Part shown: piece after piece, positions 59,785 through 64,000 of the stretch
How positions within the stretch are numbered: the first letter of the stretch is position 1
How the letters are laid out: each line of letters begins with the position of its first letter
Origin: Macrostomum lignano
Lineage: Eukaryota
DNA: 64,000 bases
NCBI GenBank assembly: GCA_002269645.1
Contig: NIVC01000909.1
Coordinates: forward strand, 52,752 to 116,751
Reading direction: 5' to 3'
The notes under the pieces: model-generated
Told to the model about the DNA's origin: nothing
Databases searched by the model: none
Seen by the model: the letters and a program-made list of their open reading frames with translations, nothing else
Program-made: the position numbers and the translations under genes

Positions 59785-60249
59785 GTGAATTCTAGTTGTT
59801 TTACCCTTAAACTGTTTTAACCATAGACATTTTGCCCCTAGATCATTTCATCTATAGTCAATTTTGCCTATAAACCAGTTTGGTTATAGGCATTTTGGCC
59901 AAAATGGTGATTATATAGTTTAGAGATACAGCCATATATGTATCTTTATTTTCTTTTTCAATGCTAATTTTTTGTTTTAATATGTAATAAAAGTCATTCC
60001 TTTCAAAAGTGTGACAATTAAAGCCAATTTAAACAATCACAGAGTAAGAAAGGGTTTTGATTACAAGCAAGATAAAGCCAAAATACTAAAAGAATAAGAT
60101 TTGTCACCAAAAATGAGAATCAAAGCACATAGTTTTAAACCATAAAGTTTAGAAATGGTCTATGGCCAAAATAGTCTATGGGCAAAATGGTCCGAGGGCA
60201 AAATTTCCATGGCTGAAACAGTTTATGGGCAAAACAACAACTGGTTACC
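59785..60249. mobile_element. Putative non-autonomous DNA transposon with long imperfect inverted repeats made of about 15-bp subrepeats (foldback/MITE-like)
   Basis: About 59790-59880 is an imperfect reverse complement of about 60155-60249 (cattttgcccatag-type units). Flanking direct repeat TATTTCA at 59778-59784 and 60250-60256. Confidence 0.6.
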
Positions 60250-60579
60250 TATTTCAATAAATCAAAAACAAAAGTTATAATTTGAATAAAAAAGTAAGCA
60301 TACATTCACAACTTCATGAATGGGTTTTAAGGAAATCACAATTGTTAAAAAATGGTAATGAATTCATTAAATTGTGCTTACAATTGTGATCACATCCAAT
60401 CTAACCCCTAATAAAGAATATAATTATAAGGACAGGTTTCTAGCTTTGTTTCCTGCTTTAAAGGTGAAAAAATTTCTACATTAAACATTCAACTTTTATT
60501 AAACTTATGAGCTTTTCATGTAAGTTCCCTGCATCAAGAGGCAATGCAAGAGCTTCTATTACTAGCTTAGGTAGTTTAT

Positions 60580-61192
60580 TAGTGTTCCGCCATAAGGAGG
60601 GTCCATATGCCATAGCCGTAGGGACCCCAATATTACCATATTCCTGTAGTTCCTATAGCCATACCCCCCATACCATAGCCTTAGTTTTAACAAAGTCTAG
60701 AAAACAAAATATTTTAAATCAAGAAGATAACCTAGTGCTTTAACAACTGCAAATTAAGTTAGAAAAAAAAGAAACACTTGATTGGCTTTGTAAAAATATA
60801 TTTTGTATTTTTATAGAACAACAATACTTAATTGCTACTGAAAGTACTAAAGCTATAACTTTTTCATAATAATAAAAATTAGAGTTTGCTAGTGTTTTAT
60901 TGTACTTTATTAGGTATATTTTATAAGTTTCTAAGTTGATAATACAGTTTACTAAAGCATCTTTGTTTTATTCTACCTGTTTTTAATATTTTTCAATTTT
61001 TTAAATGATTAACTGTGGCTATGGGAATCTATAGAATGTGATAGCAAATACTATATTTCTATAGTAGTAGCTATAAGAGCAGATAGCTACCATAAGCTAA
61101 GCATATCCATAATTGCCATAGGCATAGGCACCTATTTTACCCTATTTGCCATGGGATCCCATAGCCATAGCTATGGCTATGGCGGAACACTA
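60580..61192. mobile_element. hAT-superfamily non-autonomous element (MITE), 613 bp
   Basis: Perfect 15-bp TIR TAGTGTTCCGCCATA / TATGGCGGAACACTA, perfect 8-bp TSD TAGTTTAT (60572-60579, 61193-61200), subterminal CCATAG/CTATGG repeats, no ORF. Confidence 0.85.
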
Positions 61193-62537
61193 TAGTTTAT
61201 CAAGCTATTTCTAGAGTCAAAGGCTGAAAACTCTCAATTTTGCCTTAAATTAAGCCTGACTAAGCCTCCTAAACCTAGCATATTTATCTAATATGCCACT
61301 AGTTCAAACACTACCCTAGCTGAGCCAAGCACTACTAACTGGTCTATTTCCATAGGCCTAGCTGAGCTCAATGCTAGTTGTTGCTAGGTAGCCTAGTTGT
61401 TGACTATGATGGAGACTCTTACTTAGGATAAATTGTCAAGATATAAAATCCAAATAGGCCTAATAAACCTAACATAGCCAATACAAAGTGAATGTTATAA
61501 TAAAAAGTGAAAGCTTACAAAATATATATAAAAATGAAAAAAGTCATTTTCTAAGCTTATAGGCTATAGTTTGGAAGGCAAAATGTATGCCAAGTGTCAT
61601 ATTGAGATAGATTCTTTCTAGAAACTTCCCATGTGACTAAGCTTTGTGGCACTAGTGCAGTTTCATTTGTGAAATTAGGCCTATTTTTCATTTGAATTGG
61701 TACTAGCTTTTTTATATATATTTCTTACATCGATAGCAAGCTAAATCACTATTGTGCTTAATGAAAATGCCGGGAAATTTTTAGTTTTTTATTTGTAAAT
61801 TTATACATTTTGTGGAACTTTCTCTTATGCAAGCAAATATAGGCCTACAACCCATTTCCCTTGTTTACTCAAGTTTTCTCTGACACTCCTGTCCTAGTGT
61901 CTAGCATGCTGCTATACTACTACTGGGCCTAGGTGGCCTAGGCCTAGCTACTCAGCTTGTCTATTTAGGCCTAGCTAGCTTACAATACAAATGTATTGCC
62001 TGACTCATCTACATTAAGATCCTGGTTTCCTGCCTTACTAACTTCCTGTATACCTATACCTTCGCTCTGCTCTAGTAGATATTTTAGTGTTCTTTGGTTG
62101 ACTGATTCTCGAAAAATACTTGAATCTTGATGAATTGGCCTAGGCCCTAGGCCTAAAATAGAATCTAGATAACATGGGCTTATAAATAAAACGAAACATT
62201 ATTGCCAACATGCTTCATCTGGCTGAGCGAAAATCGTAGGCCTAACAAAAAATTATAAAATGAATAGGCGTATGCCCTATGGATAACGTTGGTCGTCCCC
62301 CTTGGCTTCGTTGGCATTGGCGAAAGGGTGAGCTAGGCCTAGGTCTAAAATCAACAGTCAGCAGTAAATGCTTCTGACTACCGAACAATAGACCTATGGC
62401 TAGGGCCTATATAACTCTTGCTTCAATTTGTTTTTTTTGTATAAAAAAACATCTCGAAACCATTAGGCCTACATAATAATCATGGGCAGTATTAAATAAA
62501 CATTAATTATCATGCCACTGAGGTGAGTGTGGCAGTC

Positions 62538-62596
62538 GAGTGCCACTGATGAAAATTTAATGAAACTGTGGTAGGGCGCACTACCACGTTTGGAAC
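62538..62596 (+). ncRNA. Possible minimal type I hammerhead ribozyme (slightly degenerate)
   Basis: TGCCA-CTGATGA-AAATTTAAT-GAAAC-T-GTGGTAG-GGCGCA-CTACCAC-GTT-TGGAA. Conserved cores are in the right order, with a 7-bp helix III, a GCGC-containing loop and a GUU triplet. One bulge and one helix I mismatch. Confidence 0.35.
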
Positions 62597-64000
62597 AGGT
62601 GACCTCACCGTAATGACTCTCGCGTTCTGTGTCACCCGATGCGCCGTCCCATGTCCCATCCCTCGCCCCATCTTTTGCCGTCGCGCGTAATTTTTTTGTT
62701 ATTCTCATTCCCGGCTTTGTTGTCGTCCGATGCCCCATCCTTCGTCCCATCTCCTGCCCCATCCTTCGCCTTCCTACCCCATCTGCTGCCCCATCCCCGT
62801 CCGGACGACATCGCCCCACTATTTATTAAGGCCATTTCGGGCCGCAAGTTTTCATTCTCCCTCCTCCCCCCTTTTCTTTCCTTTCCCCTGCCTCGTACTT
62901 GTTCGTTTTCCGTTTCCGTTCCGCTTCGTGTACCCTCGTGTACTCGTCTGTTTAGTGTTTAGTTTCTTTTGTGCTCAAAGTTAAATTAGTACTTATTTAG
63001 TCTCTGATCTACTAGTTTGTTTAGTTAGTCGTTCACACCCGGCACCGGCCGAGGATCAATCGTCTGAATTCAACTTTATATTTTGCCAATTTACGCCTGC
63101 TAATACAACATCAATAAATAATATTAATTAACTAATAATTAAGTCTATCCCGTTAACGAAGCCCATAATAGTTTATCTTGAGTTATTTGCCCGTGGGGCG
63201 TTAAACAACCGAATCGATTTCAACTTAAGCGAGCTCTGAGATCCCAACGTTCCGTAATACGGATTAAATTACGGTGGTGGCAGCGCTACTCTACTGACAG
63301 TAATCAGTACGACAATTCAAAAGCAGATTTACGGTGTCTAGACCAATTGAGTCTACGGATCTGAACGACCGGGCCGCTATACGACCGCTCCGCTACGATT
63401 ACAACTACCCTCCCCCCCGGACTTGAGGACCCGGCTGTCGGAGTAAAACAGGAGAAGAAATTTCGTTGTGATTCGTCTGCGCGTTTTTTCCGGTTTTATT
63501 CGTACGAACTCAACGCCGGCGGCACTTCAAACGAGGAATCCGCCCCACCTCACTGGTGTCAGCAAATTCAAAAACAACCGTTCTAAGAAAGTTCTTCTCC
63601 ACCCCACCTCAAAACCATTACGCTAAGTTGCATGCACAAGAAACATTAATTTTGACTTTTCGTATCCATCCAGTGAATCTTGGTGCATCATTTTCCGTCA
63701 AGTGGCCGTCCAGCCACTGTTTTTAGTTTTCCACTTGTTGCTAAAACGCGCTCCCTTGCGATGGATTTTTGTTAAAGTTTTCTTCTTTTTCCTTTGCGGC
63801 AAGCCGTCCACCCAAAGTTTCCACGCATTGAAACTTTGCTCCATCGGCCTGTCCAGTTTATCTTCCAAACGATGTGCATGTAATTCGCTCTTTATTTATA
63901 ATCTGCGCATGATGAGTTGTTTTCTAACTCTTTTGGCCTTCACCCCCTCTCCCTGTTTCCTTGATCTACCTTTTGGTTCACTAAGTTTAATTTCGTTATT

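Overview
Eukaryotic (invertebrate animal) genomic DNA with GT-AG introns, GC-rich exons and AT-rich, minisatellite-filled introns. The style suggests a free-living flatworm such as Macrostomum, but this is inference only. Hand-spliced genes: a partial zinc-finger/coiled-coil ORF running off the left edge (1-657, -, absent from the ORF track); a short JIP3/JIP4-like RH1+RH2 gene (3383-6790, +); a divergent CK1-family kinase (8987-12881, -); an unidentified 5-exon gene (14053-18002, -); a 6-exon GnRH/AKH-type GPCR (20805-35865, -); a divergent Brachyury-like T-box gene (37186-39600, -); and a small basic, probably mitochondrial, protein (52302-52721, -). Mobile DNA: an intact 8.6-kb Ty3/gypsy element with apparently identical LTRs in GPCR intron 2, whose Gag-Pol carries a cold-shock-like domain between the zinc knuckle and the protease (the most unusual signal here); a decaying Mag-type Ty3/gypsy element (54686-59352); two CORE-SINE copies; a hAT-type MITE; a foldback-like element; and a possible minimal hammerhead ribozyme near 62550. 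About 25 tandem arrays account for most long ORFs in the supplied track. All splice models and domain calls were made by eye, with no database search.
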